A DNA stretch of 52,919 nt from a virus (IMGVR_UViG_3300022223_000005:1-52919); one strand, 5' to 3'; shown: positions 17,922 through 28,507, counted from the stretch's first letter. Notes: generated by a model from the letters alone, not told the origin. Translations and numbers: made by a program.

Positions 17922-20900
17922 CTATATACCCGTAACTACCCAACAAAAATCACTCACATTAGAATAACCTGTTAAATCCAATGCTGTAAACACCACTTTT
18001 GATGAAGAAAATACATTAAAGTTATTACTGCTTATATTTCCAACTGAAACATCATCAACCATAAATTTTTGTGTTGAAAAAGAATCAAATGTTACATTAG
18101 AACCACTATTAAAATTAAATACAGTGAAAGTTTCCCCCACTTGTATTTGAGAGCCAGTTGGGTTTGATGAAACTATTTCAGGTAAATCAATAGTCCCTGC
18201 ACCAACTCCGATCATATAAATTTTTCTACCACTCCACCCCACAACATCTGTTGTTGTTAATGTTGGAAATGTTGTATCGTAATGTATAGCTGATTGTATT
18301 AAAGCCCAATTTCCTTCCTCTAATACCTGTCGCCCACCTGTTCCATCTGATTCTGTTCCGACTTTAATACCATCATTTGATGTTGTAACATCTCCAAGAT
18401 GTGGAACAGCTAACCTTTTTGAATTACCTGAGCTTTCAACCGTAAATATATCGCTTCCATCAGTTGGATTTGACTCTGCTCTTAATCCAATACCTGTAGC
18501 TCTACGTTCAAAAGTATAATTGTTTTGGCTCGTATCTTCCAGTGTCAAATTTGATTTGTATAATGCCGCACCAGTAACATAAAGTGATCCATACACATCA
18601 AGAGTATTTACCGGCTCAACATCTAAACCTATAGCTAAATCACCAACAATATTACCATTACCTTTAACTTCTAAAGCTCCAAGTATATCATGGTTATTTG
18701 CCGTGGTAACTATTCCTGTGGTGCCATTTACTTCAAACATATTAAGACCAAGGCTATTTTCGATAATAAAACCTTTGTCAGAATCATTTTCAATACGAAT
18801 CCTAACAGCTTCACCACTAAAACTTCTACCATCCGAAGCTTTGGTGCTTTCTGGACCATTCGTATTACCCTGTGTAGCCCTATATAATGCCCAATTAGAG
18901 TCAGTCAAGCTATTGCTTATCCTATAGTCTAGTCCAGAGAATTTTCTAACTGACGATATGTCTCTTGCAGCCATATCCCCATCACTAAACGCAAATATAT
19001 CACCATTAACATGCAGCGCTGTTCCTACTTTTTTAACCTCGACAATATCATCGCCTATTTCTAGTATAGATGTTAATGCTGTATTATCTGGATCGTTACC
19101 AGAAAGGAACTTTATCTTTTCACCATCATTTTCATCTATAATTATAGATTTCACATAATTATTTTCTGAATTTTTAGCAGCCATCAAAACTATGTTATTA
19201 AGGTTTGATGTTCTTTGTCCTACAAATAATGGTGTTGTTCCATCCCCATTAGATATTGTTATCGGGTTTGTAATAGTTCCCCCATTAAATGATCCACCTG
19301 CATTAGCGTCTACGTAAGCTTTTATTGTTGGCGTATCAATTAAAGTTCCTGAAGCTGAATTAATATCAGTTAAAATATTAGAGGTGTCTAGAACAGAATT
19401 ACTGTTTTGAGTTATGGAATTTGGAACCCCTAAATTTCCATTGTGAAAAAATTCAAATGTGCTTATGACTGCATTTGAATCATCAAGTGCCAATAGGTCT
19501 AGTTTAGAGCCAGAACCTGCTCTTAGTTTATATGTGTTTTCATTTACTGGAGCGCCAGTGTTTTTAAATATAACGGAGCCATGCCCTGTCGTTCCATTTG
19601 TTAGTTCTAGATTTATATTGCTAGATATTTTTGGCATCTTACTTGCTAAATCCGTAGTCGTATTTGATGGCGTATTCACTATTTTGGAAAGTTGAGCATC
19701 TGTCACGTAGTTCTTATCTGTAGACGCTGCAATATCGTTAGTTGTTGCTGTAACATCAAGAACTTCATTTCCATTTTTAGTTATACTGTTAGAAGCGACA
19801 TAACTAGTCGCGGTTATAGTGCCAGAAACTTCTAATTTAGTTGCAGGGTCTTCTGTACCAATACCTACCCTGCCACCTGCTTTAATTGTTAATCTGTTTG
19901 CGACTCCTACTTGCAAAATACCTAAATCGTTGTTGTCTGTATTTCGTAAGTCAAACCTCCAAGCCCCTGTTCCGTCATTCTTTTTAAACTCCAACATTCT
20001 ATTATCAGAAGTTGGTGCCTGTAGGTTCAAAGCATTGTGAGTGCTTGTTGTTGTTCCGAATGCTGCTTGAGTGCCTAGTAAGTCACCAGTAAATGTGGCT
20101 CCAGTAAGATTTGCCTTATTAGACAACTCTGATATGGTATTAGAAGGCAGGTTGTCTACTTTATCTTTGTCTGATTGTATATAATCTAATGTAGACAATC
20201 CTTTTCCGACTACAATGTCAACTTTGTTTGATAATTCTGAATTTGTATCATTTGGCAAGTTTGAATATTTAGTGTCGCTTGCATCTAGTACATTGTTCCC
20301 ATTTTGAATTATCTGACTAGGAAATTCAGTATTTCCATTATCAGCGTGAAAAGTCCATCTATTTGTGACTACATCTGAATCACTTCTTGACTCTATATCC
20401 ATAGTGCCATCACTTCTACCAATTATTACAAAGTCTTTTTGGTCTGTTGGTGAATTACTATTTCTTATCTTCAATGTTCCGCTTCCAGTCCCAGGATTTT
20501 CTATTGTCACATTAACGCCACTTGATGATACGGGTAATTTATCAGACAATGAAGTGTTAACATTCAAAGGTAAATTACCTATTTTGGTTTGTTCTGCATC
20601 TGTGACATAATTCCTATCTGTGCTAGGTGGTATATCAGATGTAGTGGAACTTATAGATAGCTTTGAAGATAACTCTGATATGGTATTCGTTGGTGTGTTA
20701 TCCACTTTATTCTTATCCGCAGTTGTGTATTGTTCTGCAACAGAATGGTATAAAGCAGCTATTTCTGTAGCTGTCAACTGATTAACTGTATTACTACTCG
20801 TTAGTATATGTGTTTCTGCAGACCCACTATGCCAATGTATGCGTAGTTGCACCCAATCTACTCCAGAAACGGTAACTCCTGCATCATCTGTAAAGTTAAA

Positions 20901-21443
20901 TGCTGTAGAGTTAAATATAAATGTTAAATTAGGCGTGTCTGATTCAGTCCAAACCTTATTATTGTAATCTGTTAAAGTATCAAATTCAAAATTTTGAACT
21001 CCATTCACATGGGAGTCTATGTACGAAATAATTGCTTCTATTGTAGCAAGTTTATTGTTTGCATTTAACGTATTATCATTAAAAGAATTGACAATAGCAT
21101 TTATTGATGCAGTACTATTCAATAATAAATTACCATCTTGTGTTATTTTAAATAACTCATTATCATTTATATCCCCTATTTTAAAAGGAATATCTAAAAC
21201 ATCATCAATGGTTATGGATAATCCATTATTCATACTTGCAGGCTTATTCCCTGTTATTGCACTGTTATTAATAGTCAGAACATCATTTCCAATAGATGTG
21301 AGTCCATCACTGATCTTTATTTGCGTAGACCCAGTGCCGTCTTGTAATTCAAGTTCAGCCCCATCAGGAGCTTGAACTTCTGTGTTCCCAGTAGTTTCAT
21401 CTATAGAACTGCTTGGAATATTACTACTTAAAATTATTGCCAT
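17922..21443 (-). CDS. long tail fibre / receptor-binding protein
   Basis: 1173 aa, S/T/N/G-rich; GRVGIGTEDPATKLEVSG fibre motif; internal STD(R/K)NYVTDA and NTISELS repeats. Confidence 0.75.
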   Translation of the reverse strand: MAIILSSNIPSSSIDETTGNTEVQAPDGAELELQDGTGSTQIKISDGLTSIGNDVLTINNSAITGNKPASMNNGLSITIDDVLDIPFKIGDINDNELFKITQDGNLLLNSTASINAIVNSFNDNTLNANNKLATIEAIISYIDSHVNGVQNFEFDTLTDYNNKVWTESDTPNLTFIFNSTAFNFTDDAGVTVSGVDWVQLRIHWHSGSAETHILTSSNTVNQLTATEIAALYHSVAEQYTTADKNKVDNTPTNTISELSSKLSISSTTSDIPPSTDRNYVTDAEQTKIGNLPLNVNTSLSDKLPVSSSGVNVTIENPGTGSGTLKIRNSNSPTDQKDFVIIGRSDGTMDIESRSDSDVVTNRWTFHADNGNTEFPSQIIQNGNNVLDASDTKYSNLPNDTNSELSNKVDIVVGKGLSTLDYIQSDKDKVDNLPSNTISELSNKANLTGATFTGDLLGTQAAFGTTTSTHNALNLQAPTSDNRMLEFKKNDGTGAWRFDLRNTDNNDLGILQVGVANRLTIKAGGRVGIGTEDPATKLEVSGTITATSYVASNSITKNGNEVLDVTATTNDIAASTDKNYVTDAQLSKIVNTPSNTTTDLASKMPKISSNINLELTNGTTGHGSVIFKNTGAPVNENTYKLRAGSGSKLDLLALDDSNAVISTFEFFHNGNLGVPNSITQNSNSVLDTSNILTDINSASGTLIDTPTIKAYVDANAGGSFNGGTITNPITISNGDGTTPLFVGQRTSNLNNIVLMAAKNSENNYVKSIIIDENDGEKIKFLSGNDPDNTALTSILEIGDDIVEVKKVGTALHVNGDIFAFSDGDMAARDISSVRKFSGLDYRISNSLTDSNWALYRATQGNTNGPESTKASDGRSFSGEAVRIRIENDSDKGFIIENSLGLNMFEVNGTTGIVTTANNHDILGALEVKGNGNIVGDLAIGLDVEPVNTLDVYGSLYVTGAALYKSNLTLEDTSQNNYTFERRATGIGLRAESNPTDGSDIFTVESSGNSKRLAVPHLGDVTTSNDGIKVGTESDGTGGRQVLEEGNWALIQSAIHYDTTFPTLTTTDVVGWSGRKIYMIGVGAGTIDLPEIVSSNPTGSQIQVGETFTVFNFNSGSNVTFDSFSTQKFMVDDVSVGNISSNNFNVFSSSKVVFTALDLTGYSNVSDFCWVVTGI

Positions 21444-21456
21444 AATGTTTTTATTT

Positions 21457-22131
21457 TTAAGGTCTTACACTTATTACATAATATTTCCATGTAGAACCAT
21501 TGTAATACATCTCTATAACTGCATTATTTACGTCTATCAACAATGTATCGTCAACACTGCTTTCTATACTGTCACCACTTGGTACGTCTATAGTTATAGC
21601 ATTAGTTCCGCAATTTCCAAAACTGTCATATACTAAAAAATTAGTTCCTTCAGTTGGCGAACTCGGACAGGTTATTGTGATAGCAGATGCAGTTGTGTCT
21701 ACAAATACTTTCTTATTCCCTGTTGCTGTAGTTGAAACGGAAACAGGCATAACCGTGAATCCCCCACTGTCGTCTGACAATGCCCAGTTTGATCCATTGA
21801 ATTTAATTATTTGACCTGTAGACGGACTCCCCACCTCTAATGATGTGCCGCTTAATGAGTTTACTGTGAGACCAGACGCCTGACTACCTGACACATCACC
21901 TGTAAAATTACTATCTTCATTTAGAAGTGTAGTTAATATCATTTGTCCGCTTGAGTACCTCCAACCCAATCCATCCGCATATCCAGTTGAAGGAATTGAT
22001 ATGTTTTGAACTTTTGTCACTGTGGGATTCGGTAGAGAACCAGATAAATCTCCACCTAATGTAGTATCGGTTGTAACACCGCCCTGATTTTCTAATGAAT
22101 TCGTGATTTCTTGCGCTAAATTGATTGCCAT
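21457..22131 (-). CDS. tail fibre-associated protein
   Basis: GGDLSGSLPNPTV repeats; C-terminal VDTTASAITIT.P..YNGSTW domain. Confidence 0.65.
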   Translation of the reverse strand: MAINLAQEITNSLENQGGVTTDTTLGGDLSGSLPNPTVTKVQNISIPSTGYADGLGWRYSSGQMILTTLLNEDSNFTGDVSGSQASGLTVNSLSGTSLEVGSPSTGQIIKFNGSNWALSDDSGGFTVMPVSVSTTATGNKKVFVDTTASAITITCPSSPTEGTNFLVYDSFGNCGTNAITIDVPSGDSIESSVDDTLLIDVNNAVIEMYYNGSTWKYYVISVRP

Positions 22132-22162
22132 TGTATTTTATTTATTAATTAATATTTGCATT

Positions 22163-24625
22163 TTAAAAAGTGTCATAGAATCTCCATGTCCCCCCGTCAT
22201 ATATAAATTGCATTTTTATAGATTGATTCAAAACCACTTCTGTGTCTGATACTTGTGTACCATCTTTTCTTTGAAAAACAAAAGAATTAGTAGTGTCTAT
22301 GAATGTCAATGTATTGGAACCTATTAGATTTAATTGATTTAAACCTACAATATCATTGTTTATAGCATCTTGTGGCATTAAAACCAACGCATCTGAACCG
22401 TTTAATGCTATACTTAAATTGGTGTTTACCTCTGCTTGGAATGTACCTTCTGAAGCCAATACCCCAATATCTCTTTGTATGTATGCTAATTCAGTCATAT
22501 GCCCTGTTTGCCCCGTTACAGATAAGTAAAATTCATTAGCAGGATTTGGAGAACCCATCATATTTATTTCATCACCAAGTATTTCAAGTGTAAAATCTTC
22601 ATCTCCAACAACCCTAACTTGAGAAGGTTTAAGGTCTATTTCCCAGTCCTGTACACCTCCTAAATTAGTATCGTATGTAAAATTTAATCCATCTATTTCA
22701 GTTTCCCATGATGCTTTTGTGGGTAAATACTTGTAAGTTACTGTAGATAAGATTTTTGTAAATCTCATCCTAATATTAGTCATATCTCCAAATACTCTTA
22801 ATTTAATTTTATTTACTTGTCCTGTAAATGGGGTATTTATAATTAAACTATTTTGTAATTGTGTTATTTGAGTAGATTCATTTGATTGTATTACAACCTC
22901 AGATTCCGATCCTTCTAATACTTCAAAGCTAGGTCTTTGACTCCCTGTAGTGCTGTTAAATTTTGAAGTAAGTATAGAGGATTGTTGCCCAGTGTCCATA
23001 TCTAATATAGATAATCCTCCTGATACTTCAGAAAGTTTTGCTATATCTCCAAAATTAATAGATGCAGATTCAACAGTGAACCCAGTAGGAGCTAATAAAG
23101 AACCATCTTGTAATTTTCTTATTCCTGAGTTTTCAAAAATTAAACCATTTGCAGATTTAATAGGTATTTGATTAGCTGATACAGAACTTAAATCTTCTTT
23201 ATTACTGTTATGCCAAAATGTTTTTGTTATAGTACCTGCTTGAGCTTGAGAGTCAACCAGTTCAACAGTAGATTCTATATACTCATACCTGAATTTTAAA
23301 GTTCCCCCTAATTGTAGTTTTGAACCTCCTGTAATTGTTCTTACATCTAAGTTTATACCTCCCATCAGAGTAGTTGTGTGAGTTGCATCTGCACTGCTCA
23401 CATCTAGAGGTGGGAACATTTCAACCCTTGAGGTATTTGGCCCCGAAAAAGTTATACTTGCATTTGCATTTAGACTTAGAAGATGGTTTTCATTACCAGT
23501 ATCAATGAATGTTGTTGTTCCGACGCAGTTTATAGTAACTGAATCCATTACAACAGTATTAGTAAGTATTGCAATTTTATTATCACCGCTATTTATATTA
23601 GCCTCTATCGCGTTCTTTACATCTGCTGCATTATCAATAAAAAATACATTATTTGGTATCGATGGAGACGTTGATGTATTATCCCAATACTCATTTATAA
23701 AATCCCCTGAATTAGAGGTAACAAAATTTACTGACTGAGATTTCTCATATCTCAACTCTACATTATTTAGATTTAATGTATTTATGAATTTGATATGCCG
23801 TGCATATATAATAGCGGCATTGTTTGAAACAAGGGTAAATGTGTCTGAACTATTATTGTTGTCACCTTCAAGGTTTGCATATATCTGAATAACATTACCA
23901 CCGTTTATAGTCCAAGATTCACCATCTGTTAAAAATAATTCCCCAAAATGACCACCTGCATCTCCCCAGCCAAGTATAGTTGCATCACCAACCATAGTTA
24001 TGGTATTTGTAGTCAATGCTATCCTATTCACCAAGACTATAATGCTTGGTGAATCTAGTGTTGATGATTCTAATGCTGATATTAATTGAGCTTCATTACT
24101 TGCATAGCGCCAGTTATCTGGGCTAGAATCACCTTTTTCGCCTTTTATTAAAGGGGTTGCATCTATCCATTTTGTAGCATCTACTGTAGTTGGATCACTT
24201 TCACCGGTCCATAGATACCAAATATTAGGAGTACCTGATACTTGTGCAACCGTAGTGTCTTTAACTAAATCGCCAAGGTTAGCTGCAGCCCATGTATTTC
24301 TAGCTGTATTATCTGTAAATGGGACAGTTGATGAATCTGGAATTAAAAACCCTGCACCGCTACCTCCCGATGCCGAATTAAAACCCGTGTTGTCATACAT
24401 CCAATCCTCAAACACTTGTGTACTTGAAAATGGTTGATCATTTTCATCCCTTAAATCTGAAAATTTAATTTTTAAAGGAGACTTAATTTGACTTCCAAAA
24501 AGTATAGAATAAACATTGTTATCTACTTTTTTTAACTTAGTTGCAATTAAAAATTCATTGTCTGTTTCTCCTTTATATTCAAGAAAAAAACTATTTCCAC
24601 GTATGTAAACCTTAACTATAGACAT
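22163..24625 (-). CDS. tail fibre/spike-like protein
   Basis: 820 aa beta-rich; short collagen-like KGEKGD; C-terminal YDGGTWRF. Confidence 0.6.
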   Translation of the reverse strand: MSIVKVYIRGNSFFLEYKGETDNEFLIATKLKKVDNNVYSILFGSQIKSPLKIKFSDLRDENDQPFSSTQVFEDWMYDNTGFNSASGGSGAGFLIPDSSTVPFTDNTARNTWAAANLGDLVKDTTVAQVSGTPNIWYLWTGESDPTTVDATKWIDATPLIKGEKGDSSPDNWRYASNEAQLISALESSTLDSPSIIVLVNRIALTTNTITMVGDATILGWGDAGGHFGELFLTDGESWTINGGNVIQIYANLEGDNNNSSDTFTLVSNNAAIIYARHIKFINTLNLNNVELRYEKSQSVNFVTSNSGDFINEYWDNTSTSPSIPNNVFFIDNAADVKNAIEANINSGDNKIAILTNTVVMDSVTINCVGTTTFIDTGNENHLLSLNANASITFSGPNTSRVEMFPPLDVSSADATHTTTLMGGINLDVRTITGGSKLQLGGTLKFRYEYIESTVELVDSQAQAGTITKTFWHNSNKEDLSSVSANQIPIKSANGLIFENSGIRKLQDGSLLAPTGFTVESASINFGDIAKLSEVSGGLSILDMDTGQQSSILTSKFNSTTGSQRPSFEVLEGSESEVVIQSNESTQITQLQNSLIINTPFTGQVNKIKLRVFGDMTNIRMRFTKILSTVTYKYLPTKASWETEIDGLNFTYDTNLGGVQDWEIDLKPSQVRVVGDEDFTLEILGDEINMMGSPNPANEFYLSVTGQTGHMTELAYIQRDIGVLASEGTFQAEVNTNLSIALNGSDALVLMPQDAINNDIVGLNQLNLIGSNTLTFIDTTNSFVFQRKDGTQVSDTEVVLNQSIKMQFIYDGGTWRFYDTF

Positions 24626-24691
24626 ATTATAATATTTTTTAAGTAAATACTATTTCTATGTTCAAATTATTGGTGGCTAATTTTATAAAAC

Positions 24692-24729
24692 TTCAGGCAT
24701 CTATGCTAATATACGATTAATTTTAATTT
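24692..24729. repeat. 38-bp direct repeat (copy 1), putative duplicated leftward promoter
   Basis: TTCAGGCATCTATGCTAATATACGATTAATTTTAATTT identical to 27245-27282. Confidence 0.85.
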
Positions 24730-24775
24730 TTGACACTCCCCCACCTAAAGACTTGGGGATAAAAGAATGACACGT

Positions 24776-25186
24776 CTACTTAGGTCTATTTTGTTGTTCA
24801 ATGTACTTTTTAACGACGTCAAGTGTAGCACCTCCAACGCTTCCAGCGAAGTAACTAGGAGACCACAGCGCGCCTTTGTAAAAACTACTTGAAAGACTTG
24901 GATAGTTTTGCTTTAAACGCCTAGAGGTAACACCCTTAATTGCATTTACTAGTTTTGAAACAGATACTTTTGGAGGATAGTCGATCAGTAGGTGTATGTG
25001 GTCACCCTCACCATTGAACTCTTTTAACACGCAATCTTTTTGCTCGCAAATAACTCGTGTTACATCTTCAATGTACTGTAAATGAATAGATTTAAGAACG
25101 TTGCTTCTATATTTTGTGACGAACACTAAGTGTACGTGCATTAAAAAAACGCAATTTCTTCCCTTTCTGATTTGTTTGTTTAACAT
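24776..25186 (-). CDS. tnpA: IS200/IS605 HUH Y1 transposase
   Basis: HLVFVTKYR, DHIHLL (HUH), KGVTSR, LWSPSYF, KYIEQQ catalytic Tyr. Confidence 0.97.
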   Translation of the reverse strand: MLNKQIRKGRNCVFLMHVHLVFVTKYRSNVLKSIHLQYIEDVTRVICEQKDCVLKEFNGEGDHIHLLIDYPPKVSVSKLVNAIKGVTSRRLKQNYPSLSSSFYKGALWSPSYFAGSVGGATLDVVKKYIEQQNRPK

Positions 25187-25189
25187 TAA

Positions 25190-26374
25190 TTGTATAATTT
25201 AGACCCATTAATTAAAAGCGTGAATTTAATAATAAAATCATATAAATACAAGTTAAAGACCAATAATACTCAGTATGAAATACTGAATAATTGGATCAAT
25301 ACTTGTCGTGCGGTGTACAATCTATCTTTGGAAACTAAGATAGAGGCGTACAAAACTAGGCAGGTATCTCTTAGTAAGTATGATTTAATGAAACAACTCC
25401 CTGAATTAAGGAATGAATTTGAATGGATCAAGGACGTTCCATCACAGTCTATGCAAAATGTAGTCGAACGCCTTGATGCTGCTTACAAGAAGTTTTTTAA
25501 AGGAGGCGGTTTTCCTAAATTCTCAAAGAAAGGAGCATACAAATCCATTCTGTTCAAACAAGGTGTAAAATACAGTAAAACACACGTAACATTTCCTAAG
25601 ATTGGCAAAATAAGATTCTTCAATTCTAAAAACATACCAAATGGATCAAAGATAAAAACAGCAATAGTAAGAAAAGAAGTAGATGGATTCTACATTAGTA
25701 TAGTAGTAGAGCAGATTACAGAAAAAAAACATTTCAATCCAAAAAGTGATAACCAAGCTGTAGGAATTGATATGGGTGTAAGTAAGTTCTATTCGCTTTC
25801 TACTGGAGATTCAAAAGAGAACCCAAGGGTATTGAAGTCATTTGAAAAAGAAATGAGAATTGCTCAAAGGTCACTTTCTAGGAAGGTGAAAAAATCAAAC
25901 AACTGGTACAAGCAACTTAAAAAAGTACAAAAGATTCATCTTAAAATAGGTCGTGTTAGAAAAGACTTTAGCCAAAAAGCAAGTACGGAACTAATAAGTA
26001 GTTTTAGCAAAATAGCCGTTGAAGATTTGAAGCTTAAGAATATGACAAAATCATCAAAGGGCGATTCAGAAAACCATGGTAAAATGGTCAAGCAAAAATC
26101 TGGGTTGAACCGTGTGATTTTAGATGTTGGTATAGGTGAGTTCTTTAGACAACTAGACTACAAGTCCAAATGGTACGGAAGGGAGTTTGTAAAGGTAGAC
26201 CCAAAATACACCTCTCAAACTTGCAGTGATTGCTCTCACAAGTCAAAACAAAACAGGAAAACACAATCAAAATTTGAGTGTGTAAACTGTGGTCACAAAG
26301 AAAATGCGGATATAAATGCCGCGAAAAACATTTTGGTTCGGGCAGAGCCAATGTTCGTTAACGTGGTGCATTAG
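25190..26374 (+). CDS. tnpB: RNA-guided endonuclease TnpB
   Basis: RuvC I GIDMG, RuvC II VEDL, zinc finger CSDC..CVNCG, RuvC III NADINAAKNI; all three acidic residues present; the true start may be GTG 25220. Confidence 0.97.
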   Translation: MYNLDPLIKSVNLIIKSYKYKLKTNNTQYEILNNWINTCRAVYNLSLETKIEAYKTRQVSLSKYDLMKQLPELRNEFEWIKDVPSQSMQNVVERLDAAYKKFFKGGGFPKFSKKGAYKSILFKQGVKYSKTHVTFPKIGKIRFFNSKNIPNGSKIKTAIVRKEVDGFYISIVVEQITEKKHFNPKSDNQAVGIDMGVSKFYSLSTGDSKENPRVLKSFEKEMRIAQRSLSRKVKKSNNWYKQLKKVQKIHLKIGRVRKDFSQKASTELISSFSKIAVEDLKLKNMTKSSKGDSENHGKMVKQKSGLNRVILDVGIGEFFRQLDYKSKWYGREFVKVDPKYTSQTCSDCSHKSKQNRKTQSKFECVNCGHKENADINAAKNILVRAEPMFVNVVH

Positions 26375-26443
26375 CACGAGCGTTGAGCAAGAATCCCCCA
26401 GTCTTTAGGTGGGGGAGTGTCAAAAAATTTCTTCAAATTCTAA
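26327..26443 (+). ncRNA. native omegaRNA/reRNA (guide about AAAATTTCTTCAAATTCTAA)
   Basis: Overlaps the tnpB 3' end and right end; stems TTGGTTC/GAGCCAA, TGC/GCA, CCCCC/GGGGG; 5' boundary inferred from the copies. Confidence 0.8.
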
Positions 26444-27208
26444 TACTAATGTAGCTGAAAATATAGAAGCAGCTACATTGTTATTATTAAATACGATTCT
26501 TAATTCGTTTGACTTATCAATTATTATATCTGAAAACAATTCATCATCTTCAAATTCACTTAAAGCACCGTTAACATTTGGTGTTTTTAATCCTATTGTT
26601 TTTCTAGCTATTATTTTTGGATTTAAAACAGTATTCCCAAATGGCGTTTTCCATTCAGATTTGAATACAACTAAATCTATTTCCGGTGAACCTGATGCGT
26701 TTGTCCACCCTCTAAATGTAGCACTTTTTATTTTACACTTAAAACTAACAACCTGTGTAATACCTTGAATAGTGTGATCTGAAAAATCATTGTCAGGTGT
26801 TAAATTCGCGTTATTTGGCGAGTAAGTATAATTATTTAAGTTGGCCGAAATACTAGATAATGATTGCCATATAGTTGATCCTGATGATCCTCCAGAAACT
26901 ACAAAAACAATTCTTTCAGTCCTTTTTGATGGTGAAACGTCAAAAAAAAACGGATAATTCAATTCTTTCAACCTGGTAACTAAATCCAAAGCAGTTGTAA
27001 ATGTTTCTTCTGCTGATGATCCTGTTTCATCAACTACTATAATGTTTGCAAGTGAATCACGTATATTGTCGCTTCCTGTTGGCTCGGTTAACTCAAAATC
27101 ATCCCCATCCATCCTGAAGTGGCCTTTAGACAATATTATGGTTTCACCTGAACTATTTATATGCGCCCAAATGTTAGATATGTTCTTTTTAATTATTTTT
27201 GTTGACAT
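26420..27208 (-). CDS. hypothetical virion-associated protein
   Basis: In the tail region; its TGA stop is supplied by the IS right end. Confidence 0.6.
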   Translation of the reverse strand: MSTKIIKKNISNIWAHINSSGETIILSKGHFRMDGDDFELTEPTGSDNIRDSLANIIVVDETGSSAEETFTTALDLVTRLKELNYPFFFDVSPSKRTERIVFVVSGGSSGSTIWQSLSSISANLNNYTYSPNNANLTPDNDFSDHTIQGITQVVSFKCKIKSATFRGWTNASGSPEIDLVVFKSEWKTPFGNTVLNPKIIARKTIGLKTPNVNGALSEFEDDELFSDIIIDKSNELRIVFNNNNVAASIFSATLVLEFEEIF

Positions 27209-27244
27209 GTTTATATGTGTTCAAATAAGCACAATGCGCAATAA

Positions 27245-27282
27245 TTCAGGCATCTATGCTAATATACGATTAATTTTAATTT
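27245..27282. repeat. 38-bp direct repeat (copy 2)
   Basis: Identical to 24692-24729. Confidence 0.85.
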
Positions 27283-27302
27283 GTAATGATTATAAATTAT
27301 TA

Positions 27303-27992
27303 TTAAGCTGAAAAATCAATAAGCAAAATTGTTTTCTGTGTATTTGAGTTTTTAACAGTCAATAATACATCTCCTTTTTCGTAAACAACTCCATCGATTG
27401 TTCCAGAATCAAATGCATTCCATATTTTTGACGTATTGTTTTTAACATCTGTTATGTTTTTTTGCAATATAACAGAACTATCATAATTGAAAACTGGAGG
27501 TGCTTCTTGATTTCGCTCTTTATTGTATATCATCATTCCATCAAACAGAACGGCTGTTGTATCAGCCAATTCGAATGTAAACGTGATTACATCACCTTTT
27601 ACTAAATCCATTTCAAAATCACTTAAATACCTCAACCAAACATCTTCTGTAGATACTGAATATGCTTGCGTGGAAATTAATGCTGTATTTTTAAATATGT
27701 TTATGTTTCCTGTAGCGTGACCAGATGATGTTTTTCTAATGTAGCAAGAAAAACCATATTTACCAGGATTGTCTATAGTTGTTGATTGATCTGTATTTGT
27801 AACAACTAAATTTGTCACCCCAGAAGTCTTTTCAATTCTCAAACAGCTATCACCAAAATAACTGATGTTTGAATCAAGTGAAGCCGTTCCTGTACCTGAT
27901 GTAACACTAAATGTTTCATTGTGATTAAAATACAATATTGGATCAATCACATTTTCCGAATAATTTTTTCCGTTTCTATTTATTTGTATCAT
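27303..27992 (-). CDS. tail protein with carbohydrate-binding-like beta-sandwich
   Basis: SYFGDSCLRI..YGFSCYIR..W.RY..FDGMMI pattern resembles CBM4/9-like folds. Confidence 0.5.
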   Translation of the reverse strand: MIQINRNGKNYSENVIDPILYFNHNETFSVTSGTGTASLDSNISYFGDSCLRIEKTSGVTNLVVTNTDQSTTIDNPGKYGFSCYIRKTSSGHATGNINIFKNTALISTQAYSVSTEDVWLRYLSDFEMDLVKGDVITFTFELADTTAVLFDGMMIYNKERNQEAPPVFNYDSSVILQKNITDVKNNTSKIWNAFDSGTIDGVVYEKGDVLLTVKNSNTQKTILLIDFSA

Positions 27993-28024
27993 ATCTATAA
28001 TGTTTATGCTTCCTTCTATTGGAA

Positions 28025-28507
28025 TTAATTTTCTACGTTGTATTTGATTTGAAATGTTATTTTCTCATTGTTAAGCAAGTTTGAAGCTCCTAAAAAAGTT
28101 GTGGCTCCAATTCTAAATATATTTATTGTAGATGTTTCCCCTATAGAGGCACTATTTATGGTTATGGTTCCAGTAGTAGAATAAGATGAATCTGCTGATA
28201 TTTCAAACTCACTATTTGTTACTGTTGCAAATGATGATAATCCCCCCTGTTGAGACAGTACCCAACCGCTAATCAAAACAGTTCGTCCTTGTTTTGTTAT
28301 CTCCAATCTGTATTCGCAAGAAACACCTGGAACTAATGTTAAAACATTTGTTGTTAAATGAGTATCAATTATAACATCAGGATAAATCTGTTCCAAGATG
28401 CTATGTTGCTCCGTGTTTAAAACCTCTCTATGCTCAACGGCCGTTATATTGCTTGCGTCTGCAAGATTTGTGTTTTGATATGTTGATATTTCTGTTTTAG
28501 TAGACAT
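28025..28507 (-). CDS. putative tail protein
   Basis: Position in the tail operon. Confidence 0.55.
   Translation of the reverse strand: MSTKTEISTYQNTNLADASNITAVEHREVLNTEQHSILEQIYPDVIIDTHLTTNVLTLVPGVSCEYRLEITKQGRTVLISGWVLSQQGGLSSFATVTNSEFEISADSSYSTTGTITINSASIGETSTINIFRIGATTFLGASNLLNNEKITFQIKYNVEN

Larger units (their letters stand above)
24730..26423 (+). mobile_element. IS200/IS605-family element (divergent tnpA/tnpB) with rearranged left end
   Basis: tnpA and tnpB; right end GAAT-CCCCCAGTCTTTAGGTGGGGG-AGTG-TCAA (IS608-like); left boundary is an inverted copy of that end. Confidence 0.92.

Noticed and set aside
25190-26374. TnpB as a nuclease-dead TldR-type repressor
   Set aside because: All three RuvC acidic residues are present
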